Origin: a virus | Lineage: Duplodnaviria; Caudoviricetes | Strand: one strand, 5' to 3' | DNA length: 64,000 bases | Virus record (IMG/VR): IMGVR_UViG_3300026088_000014 | Span: 13,039-77,038 of that record | In this document: positions 62,580 through 64,000 of the stretch, piece by piece | How positions within the stretch are numbered: position 1 is the stretch's first letter | Layout: each line of letters opens with the position of its first letter | Notes under the pieces: model-generated | Database searches by the model: none | The model's input: only the letters and a program-made list of their open reading frames with translations | Told to the model about the DNA's origin: nothing | Translations under genes and position numbers: made by a program

Positions 62580-63046
62580 GATGGCCTCCTAAATTCGCCA
62601 AAGTAATCTAATGCTGCCTTGCTATAAGCAGCTTTTGCTTCTTTCCTTGTAGAGAACTGTCCTAAATGAATGGACTTGTAGTTGACCATTATCTGAGCTC
62701 GATACCGGCCGCCTCTTGCGGTATAAACCCCTCTTGTTATTTTTGATTTTGAATTAGCTATATTCTGGCTTTGAGTCGCTTCTCTTAAATTATCAATTCT
62801 ATTGTCAGACGGATTTCCGTTAATATGATCGATGTTAATCTTTGGCCACGTTCCGTGAGTAATTGCCCAAGCAATGCGATGGACATAGTAATCCTTTTTA
62901 TTTATCCCGACTCGCATGTATCCATCCTTTCTCACTGTCCCGGCGGACAAACCAACAAGCCGTTTCTTCCCGGTATTTATTTTCCAGGTTAATATGCCAC
63001 TACCGGAATCGTAGTTAAAAATGCGCTTAAGTTCCTTTATTTCCAT
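62576..63046 (-). CDS. HNH-AP2 homing endonuclease
   Basis: YYVHRIAW...IDHINGNPSDNRIDNLREAT...RYRAQI...LGQFST. Confidence 0.92.
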   Translation of the reverse strand: MEIKELKRIFNYDSGSGILTWKINTGKKRLVGLSAGTVRKDGYMRVGINKKDYYVHRIAWAITHGTWPKINIDHINGNPSDNRIDNLREATQSQNIANSKSKITRGVYTARGGRYRAQIMVNYKSIHLGQFSTRKEAKAAYSKAALDYFGEFRRPS

Positions 63047-63052
63047 CTTGTT

Positions 63053-63730
63053 CTACTTTTTTGGTCCTGGGAGACTCTTCAGCGTTTGAATATTTTTCTT
63101 TCTTACCGAAAGAACGAATTTGTCTAGAACCTTGTGGCCGGCTTTAATGTCACCGTGCCCGATATCCTTTACGGCGTCTGGATGAATGATGTACTCGCCG
63201 CCCGCGGCGATAATGGGTACATGGCCATCGTCGCCATCCTCGCTTGTCTCGCCTCCGTCCTGTTTACGGGGCGGCCGAAGGTTTAGGTTCATGCGCGGCA
63301 TATGCGGACGACCGCTGCGAATATGCGGTGCCGGGAGCCCATAAGGACCGCTGGTAAACATCTTTTTCAGAATCTCACCGCCCGCCATGGTATTGCCCTG
63401 CCCCAAGGCACTGGGAATATCCGCTGGCAGAACATAAGACCCAGCCGGGACATTCAATGGCAGCTTATCGGTACGACCGGGTATGGATGAGTGCAGCATA
63501 CCCTCTCTTTGCAGGCTGCGCGAGGCACCCAACGTCACCATGCGCTCCATGTCGACGCCGCCGCCTCCGGCCTTGTATTTGCGGGCTGTGCTGAGGGCTA
63601 CGGCAATTGCTTGCCTGTTTGCCTTGGCCTTGCCGAACTTGGCCTTGGTCTTGGCGTAGGTCTTTCCAGTGTGAAACTCGCTGATGTTCTGCGAGACAGT
63701 TTCCTTACTGGAGCCGGGCTTGAGCGGCAT
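63053..63730 (-). CDS. Conserved basic virion-module protein
   Basis: PLKPGSSKETVSQNISE...QAIAVAL; GRTD.L...GSYVLPAD; GGEYII.P. Confidence 0.7.
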   Translation of the reverse strand: MPLKPGSSKETVSQNISEFHTGKTYAKTKAKFGKAKANRQAIAVALSTARKYKAGGGGVDMERMVTLGASRSLQREGMLHSSIPGRTDKLPLNVPAGSYVLPADIPSALGQGNTMAGGEILKKMFTSGPYGLPAPHIRSGRPHMPRMNLNLRPPRKQDGGETSEDGDDGHVPIIAAGGEYIIHPDAVKDIGHGDIKAGHKVLDKFVLSVRKKNIQTLKSLPGPKK

Positions 63731-63741
63731 GATTCACCTAT

Positions 63742-63951
63742 CTATCGGCTGTTGAGGCCATAAAGCTTGTCGAGCAATTCATCGGAAGTACCGTACTTGC
63801 TCTTAGCCCTTTGTCTTGTTTTGCGCAAAAGACGGGCTTCGGCTGCCGGTTCGATGCCGGCAAGAACATGCTCGTGCCATCCCTCAGGATCGTCATTCTG
63901 TGACGAGCTTTGGTTTCTTGGGTTTTCCGATTTGTCGTTTGTAGTAGGCAT
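63742..63951 (-). CDS. Hypothetical protein
   Basis: ORF track; start uncertain. Confidence 0.4.
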   Translation of the reverse strand: MPTTNDKSENPRNQSSSQNDDPEGWHEHVLAGIEPAAEARLLRKTRQRAKSKYGTSDELLDKLYGLNSR

Positions 63952-64000
63952 TGAATCTCTCCATGCTTTCCGCATTCTTCAGATTGAGCTGGCCGGCCCA

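Noticed and set aside
1-64000. Integrase, CI repressor, DNA polymerase, rRNA, IS elements
   Set aside because: No supporting motifs were recognised in the window; they could lie outside it, so lifestyle is left uncalled.

Overview
This window looks like most of a circularly permuted tailed-phage genome, probably podovirus-like. GcrA, DUF1376/YdaU, RusA and a rhizobial-type secreted protein point to an alphaproteobacterial host, probably Hyphomicrobiales. Layout: late virion genes on the minus strand (1-19.5 kb and 50.8-64 kb: fibres, capsid, scaffold, GroES, portal, terminase, ejection and lysis proteins); a plus-strand nonulosonic (pseudaminic-type) acid biosynthesis cluster (19.8-27.8 kb) divergent from terL; a hairpin-punctuated early region with a displaced terS and two atypical tRNA(-like) genes (31-40.5 kb); a leftward cro-gcrA-dnaA_C-rusA-replication block (40.5-43.3 kb); and a rightward accessory block (43.5-50.8 kb). 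The strongest signal is a stand-alone Cas7/RAMP-like gene (43511-44173) and a partner gene, followed by a non-coding array of four 53-64 nt units with strict 5-nt periodicity (fixed AGY/GGC triplet plus variable dinucleotide). This looks like a VIPR-like RNA-guided system, and it sits where a CI repressor would normally be. The second signal is a candidate virion-glycosylation system: the sugar pathway, a Maf/sialyltransferase-like gene inside the structural operon, and several virion proteins that are about 27-33% Ser+Thr. Also seen: a probable -1 frameshift (GGGAAAA) in a head-module gene, a 19-repeat W-x-x-P-W-x-E-P-V-R protein, and a stop/RBS/start-linked gene-cassette array. All protein family calls come from motif recognition by eye, not database searches.
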